From: Macrostomum lignano
Lineage: Eukaryota
Assembly (NCBI GenBank): GCA_002269645.1
Contig: NIVC01002306.1
Span: 1 to 64,000, forward strand
Length of the DNA: 64,000 nt
Reading direction: 5' to 3'
Shown: in pieces, positions 1 to 15,459 of the stretch
Numbering within the stretch: position 1 is the stretch's first letter
How the letters are laid out: every line of letters begins with the position of its first letter
Made by a program: the position numbers and the translations under genes
The notes under the pieces: model-generated
The model's input: the letters and a program-made list of their open reading frames with translations, nothing else
Told to the model about the DNA's origin: nothing
Database searches by the model: none

Positions 1-269
1 GTTTTTATTTGTGTTGGATCTGCAACTAGCTCGTAACTATCTGGCTATGGATAATTGACAGATCGAACTGCCCGATAAAGATGTTGCATTCATATATGAC
101 ATTTGTCCATCATGTTTTGTGAGCTACGAGAAAAGTTCAAATTCTGCTGATGGGCTCAGCTCAGGGAACTCATATTTTTTTCTCGTCTACGCTTTTGCCC
201 GGTGGCAGCGCGGGCCATATGCAATTTCTGCCTGAACTGTGACAGGAGTTGCCAGTGTATCAATTTTGT

Positions 270-1190
270 GAGATAAATGTGAGATAGATGTGAGACAGAT
301 GTTAGATAGATGTGAAATAGATGTGAAATAGATGTGAGACAGATTGGAAATAGATTTGAGATAGATGTGAAATAGATGTGAGACAAATTAGAGGTAGATG
401 TGAGATAGATGTGATATAGATGTATTATAGATGTGATATAGATGTGATATAGATGTAATGTAGATGTGATACAGATATGATATAAATGTGATATAGACGT
501 GATATAGATGTAATGTAGATGTGATACAGATGTGAGACAGATGTGAGGTAGATATGAGATAGATGTGAAATAGATATGAGATAGATATGAGATAGATGTG
601 AGGTAGATATGAGATAGATGTGAGGTAGATATGAGATAGATATGATATAGATGTGAGGTAGATATGAGATAGATGTGAGGTAGATATGAGATAGATGTGA
701 GGTAGATATGAGATAGATATGATATAGATGTGAGGTAGATATGAGATAGATGTGAGGTAGATATGAGACAGATATGAGATAGATGTGAGGTAGATATGAG
801 ATAGATGTGAGATAGATATGAGATAGATGTGAGGTATATATGAGATAGATGTGAGGTAGATATGAGATAGATGTGAGATAGATATGAGATAGATGTGAGG
901 TAGATATGAGATAGATGTGAGGTAGATATGAGATAGATATGAGATAGATGTGAGGTAGATATGAGATAGATGTGAGGTAGATTTGAGATAGATGTGAGAT
1001 AGATGTGAGGTAGATATGAGATAGATGTGAGGTAGAGATTTGAGATAGATGTGAGGTAGATATGAGATAGATATGAGATAGATGTGAGATAGATATGAGA
1101 TAGATGTGAGGTAGATTTGAGATAGATGTGAGGTAGATATGAGATAGATATGAGATAGATGTGAGATAGATATGAGGTAGATATGAGATA
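270..1190. repeat. 10-bp-based AGATATGAGAT/AGATGTGAGGT minisatellite (copies 7140-8060, 53714-54476)
   Basis: Directly visible tandem array. Confidence 0.95.
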
Positions 1191-1896
1191 GCTTGGAGCT
1201 AGATGTGAAAATGATCTAATGTGAGATAAGAGCTAGATATATCAGAGATGAAAATGCGAGAAATGGACATAATAATGGGATATGCCAGCTACTCACATCT
1301 CCTCAGACGAGTGAAAGGAAAGCCAGGCGCACCATAGTTGGGCTGGGGCGCAGGCGGAGGGCAGAAATGGATCTCATAATAGCAGGGTGTCAAGCTGCCC
1401 AGCTGGCCAGTTCAGTCAATAAATTAATCCCGGAGACAGCCGTAAAGTGCAATTATGAGTTCGTGAAGAATAGGATCAGTTGTCAAGGAGAAAGCACACA
1501 GCTCGGGAAGCATAGAGTAGTTTCTAACGGCCGAAACCGGCTGCGATGCAGGTCTGGGGCTTGGAGAATCTCCTTGTTTGCTCCGATCAAACTCGGGAGT
1601 TGGGAGGCCTGCAGTCCGCAGACTTCCAGCCCCATCCCGCTGTGTCTCAGGGATTCGCTCAGCATCCACTTCAGCCGGCTGAGAGAGATGGCTGACGGGA
1701 ACTGATGAGGCCAATTCTAAGCTATCCACTTTTTCTCCCTATTCTTCCTGCAGGGCAAGGCTAAAAAGTTCTTGCAATAGTCTAGAAGCTAACCTTTCAT
1801 ATCGTCTTTGACCGAATAATGGCATTTATAATATACCTCATAGTTACTGTGCTCGTTGCAGTTTCTCAAAACATTCTATGTGTATTGAAACAAATT

Positions 1897-2273
1897 GGGT
1901 GGGTGAGGGAGTGAGGTGGGTGAGGGAGTGAGGTGGGTGAGGGAGTGAGGTAGGTGAGGGAGTGAGGTGGGTGAGGGAGTGAGGTGGGTGAGGGAGTGAG
2001 GTGGGTGAGGGAGTGAGGTGGGTGAGGGAGTGAGGTGGGTGAGGGAGTGAGGTGGGTGAGGGAGTGAGGTAGGTGAGGGAGTGAGGTAGGTGAGGGAGTG
2101 AGGTGGGTGAGGGAGTGAGGTGGGTGAGGGAGTGAGGTGGGTGAGGGAGTGAGGTGGGTGAGGGAGTGAGGTGGGTGAGGGAGTGAGGTGGGTGAGGGAG
2201 TGAGGTAGGTGAGGGAGTGAGGTGGGTGAGGGAGTGAGGTGGGTGAGGGAGTGAGGTAGGTGAGGGAGTGAGG
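1897..2273. repeat. 17-bp (GGGTGAGGGAGTGAGGT)n array (copies 8767-9143, 52561-53005)
   Basis: Directly visible tandem array. Confidence 0.97.
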
Positions 2274-2423
2274 ATATTTCAGGGGGCGTCGATCATCCGG
2301 ATACAGAGGGGAGGAGTTACCATCCATTCCGCTAGAGTGAGGTGGGAGGAGAAAGAATTTTTATTTGTACTCGTAAACCACTCTCTAAAGAGATAAGACT
2401 CATTAAAAAATCAAAGTACTCAC

Positions 2424-2567
2424 CGTCCTCGTCCACCTGTCGCATCATGTCTTGCAACTCGTCTGCGTTGGGAAACTGACCCAGAGTCTTCATCACCTCT
2501 CCGAGCTCCTCCGCGCTGATGCTGCCGTCACCATTCTTGTCAAAAAGTGCGAATGACTCGCGGATTT
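2424..2567 (-). CDS. Second tandem copy of the 144-nt calmodulin-like exon
   Basis: Same sequence as 9294-9437 with intact splice signals, inside the 1-2898 duplicate. Confidence 0.8.
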
Positions 2568-2576
2568 CTGCGGATG

Positions 2577-2644
<68 letters not shown>

Positions 2645-2645
2645 T

Positions 2646-2823
<178 letters not shown>

Positions 2824-2824
2824 C

Positions 2825-2867
<43 letters not shown>

Positions 2868-2868
2868 C

Positions 2869-2898
<30 letters not shown>

Positions 2899-2899
<1 letters not shown>

Positions 2900-3665
2900 T
2901 TTCCCTCCTCCCTGACTCTTTTTTCCCTCCTCCCTGACTGTTCTTTTCCCTCCTCCCTGACTCTTCTTTTCCCTCCTGGCTGACTCTCTTTTCCCTCCTC
3001 CCTGACTCTTCTTTTCCCTCCTCCCTGACTATTCTTTTCCCTCCTGGCTGACTCTCTTTTCCCTCCTCCCTGACTCTTCTTTTCCCTCCTGGCTGACTCT
3101 CTTTTCCCTCCTCCCTGACTCTTCTTTTCCCTCCTCCCTGACTCTTCTTTTCCCTCCCCCTGACTCTTCTTTTCCCTCCTTCCTGACTCTTCTTTTCCGT
3201 CCTCCCTGACTCTTCTTTTTCCTCCTCCCTGACTCTTCTTTTCCCTCCTTCCTGACTCTTCTTTTCCCTCCTTCCTGACTCTTCTTTTCCCTCCTCCCTG
3301 ACTCTTCTTTTCCCTCCTTCCTGACTCTTCTTTTCCCTCCTGGCTGACTCTTCTTTTCCCTCCTTCCTGACTCTTCTTTTCCCTCCCGGCTGACTCTTCT
3401 TTTCCCTCCTTCCTGACTTTTCTTTTCCCTCCTGGCTGACTCTTCTTTTCCCTCCTTCCTGACTCTTATTTTCCCTCCCCCTGACTCTTCTTTTCCCTCC
3501 TTCCTGACTCTTCTTTTCCCTCCCCCCTGACTCTTCTTTTCCCTCCTCCCTGACTCTTCTTTTCCCTCCTTCCTGACTCTTCTTTTCCCTCCCCCCTGAC
3601 TCTTCTTTTCCCTCCTCCCTGACTCTTCTTTTCCCTCCTGGCTGACTCTTCCCTTTCCTCTGAGT
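2899..3665. repeat. 23-bp (CCCTGACTCTTCTTTTCCCTCCT)n array (mirror 60615-63440, much longer)
   Basis: Directly visible, with 21-bp variant units. Confidence 0.97.
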
Positions 3666-4569
3666 CCTCCACTCCCTTTTGTCCTCATCTTCATCAGTCT
3701 CATCCTTTCTCCCAGGACTACGAGCTATCTCTCGCTTTCAATTTTGCCCCAGCTCCCGCTGTCAGCTGGTCGCTCCCGGCATCAAAGCAGCCACAGCCGG
3801 GGGATGCAGACTCGACCCAACAAGCCGCCTCCCTCAATAGCCGGTGGCATTTTTCCCACGGGACTTTTGTCCCTCCCCTCCAGCCCGCTTGGCCCAGCCC
3901 GCATGCTGGTCAACTAAGATCTTCTCTCTCTTGCGCTTGCTTTTCAAATTTCTTTTTAAACCTTCCCCTCCGCTGTCCAATTCAATGCGTTCGAATGGTT
4001 TATTTAGAAGACGCCATTCATTGATTGTTAGTTAATGCGGACTTTTCCTTGCCAATGCGCAAAAGGCATCGACAAAAATCAGCAATTCTATTTGTGAAGA
4101 CTTCTGTCCCAGAAGCAGAGCCAGCCAGATGTGACGCCAAGTCCGGTGCGGTGTGGCAATTGAGTTTGCGCCACAGCCAGTGGCGTCAAACAAGCCGTCT
4201 GCGCCCCCCCCGAACTCCGAACTGCTGGCAATAAATCTCTCTAGAGCTGGGCAGGCGGCTAATGCAATTTGTAAGATTGCATTTTGTGAGTGCACGCAAA
4301 ATTTGTGGCGCTTTTGGTAGCTTTTTTTGAGATTGAATCTGGCCCACTGCCAGCCCTGAATGCCTGGCCGTCTCCCTCTGCACTCCATCCAGATCTGTCT
4401 GACGTTTAGTCTGTCATGTTTTTGCCGTCATTTCCGGACACATCGTCTGGATACTCGATACCCCCTCGCCTGCTCGCTCGCTGTGGGCCTTGAAAAGTTC
4501 CGCTGTAAGCTGGCACAAAAAAATTAAGTCCAGACTGCATTGAATTTTGCGTTAGGAATCGTGGATATA

Positions 4570-5400
<831 letters not shown>

Positions 5401-5764
5401 ATGGGGAGTGTGGATGGAGAAATGAGAGTTTTAAGACTTTCCCAGTGACTGTATTGGCATGTAGGACAGAAACTAACGTGTTTCTTCCTTGCTTTCGGGT
5501 CAGACTTCTATAGCTTGGCAAGAAACCGGCGATTCAGTCTGCAGCTCAGTACCAACATGCGAGTAGGAGTCTGGCATTGTGAAGTACGCGACTGCTTCAT
5601 CAAAATATATTTTAGAAACAAATAGTTAAGACTCAATAGGAGGACAATCAGAAAGTCCCTCTGAGAGAGGCTGAAAGCATCTTCAGTAAGAGGTCAAATA
5701 TCAAAGCATGGAACAGGGATGAAAAAGGTATGGAAGTTTTGGAACTTAGGAAGTTACGGCACAT

Positions 5765-6200
5765 TGATGGAGATTGACGGAGATTGAGGGAGATTTATGG
5801 AGATTGATTGAGAGATTGATGAAGAGATTGATAGAGAGATTGATGGAGAGATTGATGGAGAGATTGATAGAGAGATTGATAGAGAGATTGATGGAGAGAT
5901 TGATGGAGAGATTGATAGAGAGATTGATAGAGAGATTGATGGAGAGATTGATAGAGAGATTGATAGAGAGATTGATGGAGAGATTGATAGAGAGATTGAT
6001 GGAGAGATTGATGGAGAGATTGATAGAGAGATTGATAGAGAGATTGATAGAGAGATTGATGGAGAGATTGATGGAGAGATTGATAGAGAGATTGATAGAG
6101 AGATTGATGGAGAGATCGATGGAGAGATCGATGGAGAGATCGATGGAGAGATTGATGGAGAGATTGATGGAGAGATCGATGGCGAGATTGATGGAGAGAT
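5765..6200. repeat. 12-bp (GATGGAGAGATT)n array
   Basis: Directly visible; about 0.44 kb here. Confidence 0.95.
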
Positions 6201-9200
6201 AACTGAGAGATTGATTAAACGTGAGATCAATGAGTAGATTGACATCTGAGGGATGATATATTATTCCGGAGATTAGCTTTGAGATCCGAGACAGACATGA
6301 GACAGGTTGGCTCGAAATCTTCGAGCAAAAACGCCACCAGATCCGTGCCAGGATAAACCAGCAGTTTATGGGAAGGAGGAGGTCAAACTTCACACACTCT
6401 CTCATCCCCCATCATAGCAGCAGTTTCTGGCCACTCAGAGAAGCCAGATGGACGCCTCAAGAGCCCGGGGCCCGCGCACACTCCAGAAGGCGTGCAGAGG
6501 ACGAGGGGAAGCGGTAGGGACCCAAGTGGGAAATGGGAATTCCAGCCTCCTTGGCTTGCTTGAGTTTTTTATAGCATAATCGCTATAAGCTGGATGCTGA
6601 GCCGCTAACCAGAGGGTGATGGGGTGGAGCATCGATGATTAGAGAGCGTGAGAAAGTTTGCTTATACTAAAGCGAGTGGGCCAGGCTCCCCTTCTCAAAA
6701 GCCATCCTCAGTTTTAAGGGCAGCGGTACACGTACCAGCTCCAGAGCCCGTAGGTTCCTCTTACTAGGCCAGTTTTTTCTAATGTTCCGGAACCGGAGAC
6801 GGGCCAAAGTCGTTTGCGTTTCCTTTGCAACTTTTCCTCAGTTGACTTTATCGATTGGCTGCGAGATGAGTTTTTTATTTGTGTTGGATCTGCAACTAGC
6901 TCGTAACTATCTGGCTATGGATAATTGACAGATCGAACTGCCCGATAAAGATGTTGCATTCATATATGACATTTGTCCATCATGTTTTGTGAGCTACGAG
7001 AAAAGTTCAAATTCTGCTGATGGGCTCAGCTCAGGGAACTCATATTTTTTTCTCGTCTACGCTTTTGCCCGGTGGCAGCGCGGGCCATATGCAATTTCTG
7101 CCTGAACTGTGACAGGAGTTGCCAGTGTATCAATTTTGTGAGATAAATGTGAGATAGATGTGAGACAGATGTTAGATAGATGTGAAATAGATGTGAAATA
7201 GATGTGAGACAGATTGGAAATAGATTTGAGATAGATGTGAAATAGATGTGAGACAAATTAGAGGTAGATGTGAGATAGATGTGATATAGATGTATTATAG
7301 ATGTGATATAGATGTGATATAGATGTAATGTAGATGTGATACAGATATGATATAAATGTGATATAGACGTGATATAGATGTAATGTAGATGTGATACAGA
7401 TGTGAGACAGATGTGAGGTAGATATGAGATAGATGTGAAATAGATATGAGATAGATATGAGATAGATGTGAGGTAGATATGAGATAGATGTGAGGTAGAT
7501 ATGAGATAGATATGATATAGATGTGAGGTAGATATGAGATAGATGTGAGGTAGATATGAGATAGATGTGAGGTAGATATGAGATAGATATGATATAGATG
7601 TGAGGTAGATATGAGATAGATGTGAGGTAGATATGAGACAGATATGAGATAGATGTGAGGTAGATATGAGATAGATGTGAGATAGATATGAGATAGATGT
7701 GAGGTATATATGAGATAGATGTGAGGTAGATATGAGATAGATGTGAGATAGATATGAGATAGATGTGAGGTAGATATGAGATAGATGTGAGGTAGATATG
7801 AGATAGATATGAGATAGATGTGAGGTAGATATGAGATAGATGTGAGGTAGATTTGAGATAGATGTGAGATAGATGTGAGGTAGATATGAGATAGATGTGA
7901 GGTAGAGATTTGAGATAGATGTGAGGTAGATATGAGATAGATATGAGATAGATGTGAGATAGATATGAGATAGATGTGAGGTAGATTTGAGATAGATGTG
8001 AGGTAGATATGAGATAGATATGAGATAGATGTGAGATAGATATGAGGTAGATATGAGATAGCTTGGAGCTAGATGTGAAAATGATCTAATGTGAGATAAG
8101 AGCTAGATATATCAGAGATGAAAATGCGAGAAATGGACATAATAATGGGATATGCCAGCTACTCACATCTCCTCAGACGAGTGAAAGGAAAGCCAGGCGC
8201 ACCATAGTTGGGCTGGGGCGCAGGCGGAGGGCAGAAATGGATCTCATAATAGCAGGGTGTCAAGCTGCCCAGCTGGCCAGTTCAGTCAATAAATTAATCC
8301 CGGAGACAGCCGTAAAGTGCAATTATGAGTTCGTGAAGAATAGGATCAGTTGTCAAGGAGAAAGCACACAGCTCGGGAAGCATAGAGTAGTTTCTAACGG
8401 CCGAAACCGGCTGCGATGCAGGTCTGGGGCTTGGAGAATCTCCTTGTTTGCTCCGATCAAACTCGGGAGTTGGGAGGCCTGCAGTCCGCAGACTTCCAGC
8501 CCCATCCCGCTGTGTCTCAGGGATTCGCTCAGCATCCACTTCAGCCGGCTGAGAGAGATGGCTGACGGGAACTGATGAGGCCAATTCTAAGCTATCCACT
8601 TTTTCTCCCTATTCTTCCTGCAGGGCAAGGCTAAAAAGTTCTTGCAATAGTCTAGAAGCTAACCTTTCATATCGTCTTTGACCGAATAATGGCATTTATA
8701 ATATACCTCATAGTTACTGTGCTCGTTGCAGTTTCTCAAAACATTCTATGTGTATTGAAACAAATTGGGTGGGTGAGGGAGTGAGGTGGGTGAGGGAGTG
8801 AGGTGGGTGAGGGAGTGAGGTAGGTGAGGGAGTGAGGTGGGTGAGGGAGTGAGGTGGGTGAGGGAGTGAGGTGGGTGAGGGAGTGAGGTGGGTGAGGGAG
8901 TGAGGTGGGTGAGGGAGTGAGGTGGGTGAGGGAGTGAGGTAGGTGAGGGAGTGAGGTAGGTGAGGGAGTGAGGTGGGTGAGGGAGTGAGGTGGGTGAGGG
9001 AGTGAGGTGGGTGAGGGAGTGAGGTGGGTGAGGGAGTGAGGTGGGTGAGGGAGTGAGGTGGGTGAGGGAGTGAGGTAGGTGAGGGAGTGAGGTGGGTGAG
9101 GGAGTGAGGTGGGTGAGGGAGTGAGGTAGGTGAGGGAGTGAGGATATTTCAGGGGGCGTCGATCATCCGGATACAGAGGGGAGGAGTTACCATCCATTCC

Positions 9201-9293
9201 GCTAGAGTGAGGTGGGAGGAGAAAGAATTTTTATTTGTACTCGTAAACCACTCTCTAAAGAGATAAGACTCATTAAAAAATCAAAGTACTCAC

Positions 9294-9437
9294 CGTCCTC
9301 GTCCACCTGTCGCATCATGTCTTGCAACTCGTCTGCGTTGGGAAACTGACCCAGAGTCTTCATCACCTCTCCGAGCTCCTCCGCGCTGATGCTGCCGTCA
9401 CCATTCTTGTCAAAAAGTGCGAATGACTCGCGGATTT
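9294..9437 (-). CDS. Calmodulin-like EF-hand protein, 144-nt exon ([49 protein letters not shown])
   Basis: Canonical EF-hand loop [12 protein letters not shown]; acceptor ccgcag and donor G|gtgagt; exactly 144 nt, phase 1-1, matching animal calmodulin exon 3 in size and boundaries. Confidence 0.93.
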
Positions 9438-9444
9438 CTGCGGA

Positions 9445-10396
<952 letters not shown>

Positions 10397-10407
10397 GCTG
10401 CACTCAC

Positions 10408-10438
10408 CAGCCAGCTGGCTCTCCGTGAGCTTCCTACT
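10408..10438 (-). CDS. Calmodulin-like gene, 31-nt exon ([11 protein letters not shown])
   Basis: ttgcag|...|gtgagt; 31 nt as in calmodulin exon 2 (ADQLTEEQIA-E); splices in frame to the 144-nt exon. Confidence 0.88.
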
Positions 10439-11135
10439 CTGCAATGCAATCAGGGCAGTCAGCTGTATTATTACCGCCAAGTTGGCAAGAAAATGCAAAT
10501 GGAGCCGCTTCGGATTGATCACCGGCAGCAGCTGATTAGCATAGATTTCCTCGGCCATCGCTGTTGATATTGAGAAACTGCACCACTTAGCAGCGCTGCT
10601 GGACCGGCAGGATTCAGAGTAAATGCACTCTCTTAAAGTACTTTTAGCTACACAGATTTCCTATCGGAACACACGAATATCCCAGCCTCCTACTCAGGCC
10701 CTGATCAGCTTTCACCGCCTCATCCAGGTACGACAAGAAGAAGAAATAGAGGACTCGGTCTGCTGGCAACCAGAGCAAATACTGACTGTTATTCCACAAT
10801 CGAAAAATGGAAGATTATTGCAGATCTGCCTGGGGTGAAGAGTTGCTAAGCATTACTCACTAGAACCCTCAGAGCTGGGGCTAGCATAAATCCCCTAGTC
10901 AACCAATTCCCAACCATGCAATCTGTAATTTATGCTCGTGCATTTGCCTGACAGGGCGGGCAATATTTTTGTCGCGCAGAAAATTGTCGGCAATTTCTGC
11001 TGCTCAAAGACACGTGCGTCCGCGCGTGTTTTCTGGCGGCATCGGACCAAAGGTTTACGGACGGAAGTTGTTCCAGAATACTGTAGTGCAAAGTCATGTA
11101 CGGCTGGTGTTAAATTTATGGCAAATTCCCGATTA

Positions 11136-11556
11136 GGGAGATAGGGGAGATAGGGGAGATGGGGAGATGGGGGAGATGGGGTAGATGGAGGAGATAGGTA
11201 AGATGGATGAGATAGGGGGGATAGAGGAGATAAGGGAGATAGATGAGATGGGGCAGATAAAGGAGATAGGTGAGATGGGGAAGATGGAGATGGGGGGATA
11301 GGGGAGATAAGAGATAGGGGAGATGGAGTAGATACGGGAGATAAGGGAGATAAGGAGATAGAGGAGATAGGGGAGATAACGGAGATAAGGGAGATAGGGG
11401 AGATAAGGGAGATGGATGAGATGGATGAGATAGAGGAGATAGGGGAGATAACGGAGATAAGGGAGATAGGGGAGATAGGGGAGATGGATGAGATGGATGA
11501 GATAGAGGAGATAGGGAAGATGGGGAAGATAGGATAGATGGGGGAGATAGGGGAGC
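11136..11556. repeat. 9-bp-based GGGGAGATA array (mirror 51105-51445)
   Basis: Directly visible. Confidence 0.93.
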
Positions 11557-12134
11557 AAAATAAATCTTTCATGACTTGTTAAAAGTACTTAATCGACTTG
11601 CCTCGATATTAAAGCTGATTAACCAAGCCATAAATAAGAAAAGCTTTTTTTAAATAAAGTATACTAGTAAGTCTTTTTTCCAGTAGCCGAAAAACCTACC
11701 TTTTGCCATTTCTTACTTGGTTGCTTCTGACTTGGTGCTTGTGGAAAAAAACCGAATTGAATTATTCCGCTTCGCACTGTTTACTCTTCTGCGGAATTTC
11801 CACATCTGTGCAGCCTCGATTCCCTCCCTAACTTAGCCGGGCTCAGGTGAACAACACTTTTAATCTGCCGCCGTCACTCTTGCGCCAGATTGCCAGGCCT
11901 ATTGATGATGATAAGCCCGACCGAACTTTTAAGACGGGTCTCTTTTATCGTTAGAGGGCCTATAAGAAGTCCTGACGCCTAGCCCATGGGTTATACAGTT
12001 GCTAGATATATGAATATTTAGCTTTGTGGGCGAAACGTGCTCCAACCATCTTCTGCGGCTGGTTTATGACCTGCAGAGTTCGTTGGTGCAGCTGTTTTTA
12101 GCTCAGCGCCATGTGGGGTCTACGAAGCTTGCTA

Positions 12135-12470
12135 GTTAGATTTGTTGCTATCCGAATGTGTTGCTATCTGGATTTGTTGCTATCCGGATGTGTTGCTAGC
12201 CGGATGTGTTGCTATCCGGATGTGTTGCTATCCGGATGTGTTGCTATCCGGATGTGTTGCTATCTGGATTTGTTGCTATCCGGATGTGTTGCTAGCCGGA
12301 TGTCTTACCAGTAGGATGTGTTGCTAGCCAGATGTGTTGCTAGCCGGATGTCTTACCAGTAGGATGTGTTGCTAGCCGGATGTCTTACCAGTAGGATGTG
12401 TTGCTAGCCGGATGTCTTACCAGTAGGATGTGTTGCTAGCCAGATGTCTTACCAGTAGGATGTGTTGCTA
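12135..12470. repeat. 16-bp (GGATGTGTTGCTATCC)n array with 30-bp variant (mirror 49755-50505, longer)
   Basis: Directly visible. Confidence 0.95.
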
Positions 12471-13244
12471 GCTTAGCCAATTCATCATCCCAATTTTGCA
12501 CCGGACAGTGAGCAGGGTGTGCACTCGTATTGGGATCCGAAAGCCACAGAAGACATCGGCAAGAAAAAGTGCACCTGATGCACAGAAGAAACAATTTTAG
12601 CTTACAAATCAATTATGGATGGAAGCAGAATGGGACGCCAATACTCTTGCTAATAATTTTACTCCCCTGCAGCAATTAACCTCTGACTAGCAACTGCAAA
12701 CGGAGTTTCTCAGCCAGGGCCTATTGCTCAGATTCTTCTAAGCAGGAGGAAGCTGGACCTGCTTGAATTTCTCACATCCCGATTTCCCTCTCGCGCCCGT
12801 TGGGTGCATTGTTGGCCGGGCCTGTCAGCGCCGCTTCCGGGCCCCAAGCCTCATCAAGCTAGGAAGCTGCAGTATATTCCCGCCGCAATACAGAGCGGGC
12901 CAATAAGAGCGGAAGCAGTTTCAGAGAAAGAGGTCAACACGAGGATGACTTGATGAAATTCTGAGCGAGGGTTCACGAGCATTCTATCTAATAGAAAAAT
13001 TTCGAGTGGTCGTGAAGAATCTTTTTGAAAGTCTTTCATGAAGAAGTCCGAGTTGCCCAGACTTTGTGCTTGACTGGCCACCTTTAATTCTCAGGAAGTT
13101 ACAAGATCGTGTTTAGCTTCGATGCAAAGTTCATATCAAAAACCAATTAAATTCATAACTATATGATGCTGCCGGTGCCGCGCCGTTAACTGAATTTCGG
13201 TTTACTTTAACTATTTTTTCCATACCATCTACAATGTAAAAGAT

Positions 13245-13615
13245 CCTGAGGTCCAAGCAACTCAATTCTCGAGATCTAAGCTATCCGATTCCTGAGATCC
13301 AAGCTCCACAAATACTGAGGTCTAAGCTGAGATCCAAGCCCCACAAATCCTGAGATCTAAGCTACCCGATTCCTGAGATCCAAGTCCCACAAATCCTGAG
13401 GTCTAAGCCTCACAAATCCCGAGGTCTAAGCTGAGATCCAAGCCCCACAAATCCTGAGATCTAAGCTCCCCAATTCTCGAGGTCTACGCCCCTCAAATCC
13501 TGAGGTCTAAGCTGAGATCCAAGTCCCACAAATCCTGAGATCTAAGCTCCCCAATTCTCGAGGTCTACGCCCCTCAAATCCTGAGGTCTAAGCTACCCTC
13601 TTCACGAGATCTAAG
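13245..13615. repeat. Degenerate cctgagatctaagct-type array (mirror 48613-48985)
   Basis: Directly visible, with higher-order repetition. Confidence 0.85.
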
Positions 13616-13719
13616 GTAGCAAGTTTCCAAGGTCTAACATACCATAACATTTTAAAGATTTCATAGGCTTTAGCACTCATGCGTTAACTAAATGCAGTAA
13701 AGTGGAGAAGTTTGCTCAC

Positions 13720-13807
13720 CATGCCGAAGACTCTCGAGCAGCACCTCGATTTTGAGTCGGTCAGTAGAAATTCGAACCAAAACTGATGTTTGCAAGAAGC
13801 CAGAAGC
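13720..13807 (-). CDS. Probable first coding exon of the calmodulin-like gene (5'UTR plus ATG immediately before the donor)
   Basis: ggc ATG|gtgagc reproduces the calmodulin ATG-terminal exon and is phase 0 to the 31-nt exon. It is preceded by a possible 52-nt GT-AG UTR intron with a ctaaac branch-like motif. Confidence 0.6.
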
Positions 13808-13918
13808 CTGCAGACCGGTGGCCATATACCGTATAAGGTTTAGCTACATGTCTGCTCACCAGCAGCGCAGCTCTACCGCCATTTCTTCGTGGCAGAATTA
13901 TCGCTGCACCGAGTTCTG

Positions 13919-13961
13919 ATTGGTTGTACGAGTTTCAGGTCACGAGTAAAGCGTAGCCAAT
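13919..13961 (-). promoter_or_regulatory. Paired CCAAT boxes upstream of the calmodulin-like ATG exon (mirror copy 48267-48309)
   Basis: ATTGG at 13919-13923 and CCAAT at 13957-13961, about 200 bp upstream of the putative ATG. Confidence 0.4.
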
Positions 13962-14354
13962 GGTAGTACTCTTATAGATTACTAAACCCCCCTTATAAAT
14001 TATAATCGAGATCAGTCTTAAAAGAGTTCAAATATGATACTATAAGTACCACCATCGATTGGACATAAAAACCAAGAGCAACTTAATTTCAAGAGGGGGT
14101 TCTTTCTTAGAGAAGCTTTGAAGACTAGCTGGCATTTTTACTCGTCTGAAAAATTTCTACATTAAAAATTGATAGAATTACTTTCAGTAGCAGTAGAAGC
14201 GTTCGTAGATGATAATCTAAGCTTTTTTATAACCTAGAAATGCGGGTCTAATTATACATATACTTACTCTTAGATGAGCTATTTTGTGTGTAATCTACTC
14301 TCCAATTTGAGTAGAAGGTTAAACAGATAACCTTTTGTGCTAATTTTACACAGT

Positions 14355-14785
14355 TCGGAAGCATCCAAAATAGACAGACCGTTTGTGTCAGGTGACAAAC
14401 AGAGCAGACTATAGAGATTCACTGCACGTTTCACTGGTGGCCTACCATTCTAATTTGGACCACAGATGTTAAAACAACTACATGGGCTACTTGGTCACAT
14501 ACTCGTATAATTGGTGAAACAGCGAGGTGGAATGCATGAGGCTTGGCGGGCCGCATGCGGCCGGAGTTTGCCGGCTCCTGCCCTAGCATTCTACATTGCT
14601 GTTGCACTAAGCACACCTGTATATGTCCAAGTAGCCCATCTATAGCCTTTTTTAGCATCTGTAGTAAAATTAGAATTGAAGGCCACGAGTGAAGCGTGCA
14701 GTGAATCTCTAGTCTGTTAGAGGTCAGGGAGTGTCTACTCTTAGTCACCTGACACAAACCGTCTGTCTATTTTGGATGCTTCCGA
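14355..14785. mobile_element. Fold-back element with 42-bp inverted termini (mirror 47443-47873)
   Basis: 14355-14396 and 14744-14785 are reverse complements at 41/42; a second internal inverted repeat is tagagattcactgcacg. No TSD seen. Confidence 0.65.
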
Positions 14786-15459
14786 GCCAAGCTAAGATTT
14801 CCACAGACGATAAACACACCATCCTGAATCACTAAGCGTATTCCTATATTCATACAGGCTTAAATCAAGGGCCACTCAAGTAGGACGGGATACGACGCTT
14901 CTTGAAAAATTTCAGGAGACAGGTTAGTAAACAGAATCATAATTTTCTGAACGAAAAGATCTATAAATATCAATGGAGCTATAAGAAAGGCAAGACATAC
15001 CAAAAGATTAACACTGTGTCTGCCTCCTATCGAAAGCAATAACAATTTTTGTGCTGAAAAAATGAAAACTGCCTATCTCCGTAGTGTATTATTCGGAAAA
15101 CTGCCACCCAAATTTTTTTCCAAGAAACGTCTAGTTGCCAGCTCTTCTACTTGAGGGTAGTCCTTGGCTGAAACGTCACCCTTAAGTTTTAAACGAATTT
15201 AAATTTAGATCGCTACTGGTATAGGAAGTACATGTCAAGTACTCGAAACTACCCCACTTACTCAACGAATCAAGTACAATAGAACGAGATTTCAAGCGCA
15301 AAGTATTGTTGTTGCTGTATAGCTAGCACTGTCACGTGCTATCACGTGGTTGGATACAACATACCCTTGCGCAGATACTGCATATGCTGCATATCTATGC
15401 AAGCTGCAGCTATATCTTAAAGCCAGTGTAGCAAGCAAAAGGCAAAATTGTTTGTCAAA

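Noticed and set aside
1528-1712. Possible type II hammerhead ribozyme (GGCC-GAAA ... CTGATGA-GGCC)
   Set aside because: Stem II is only 4 bp, the stem III partner (agccgg) is followed by C rather than the required UH, and no stem I can be drawn.
1367-1729. Overlapping 112-aa and 101-aa ORFs as genes or as calmodulin exon 4
   Set aside because: No EF-hand motif or recognisable homology. Conservation across copies reflects recent duplication only.
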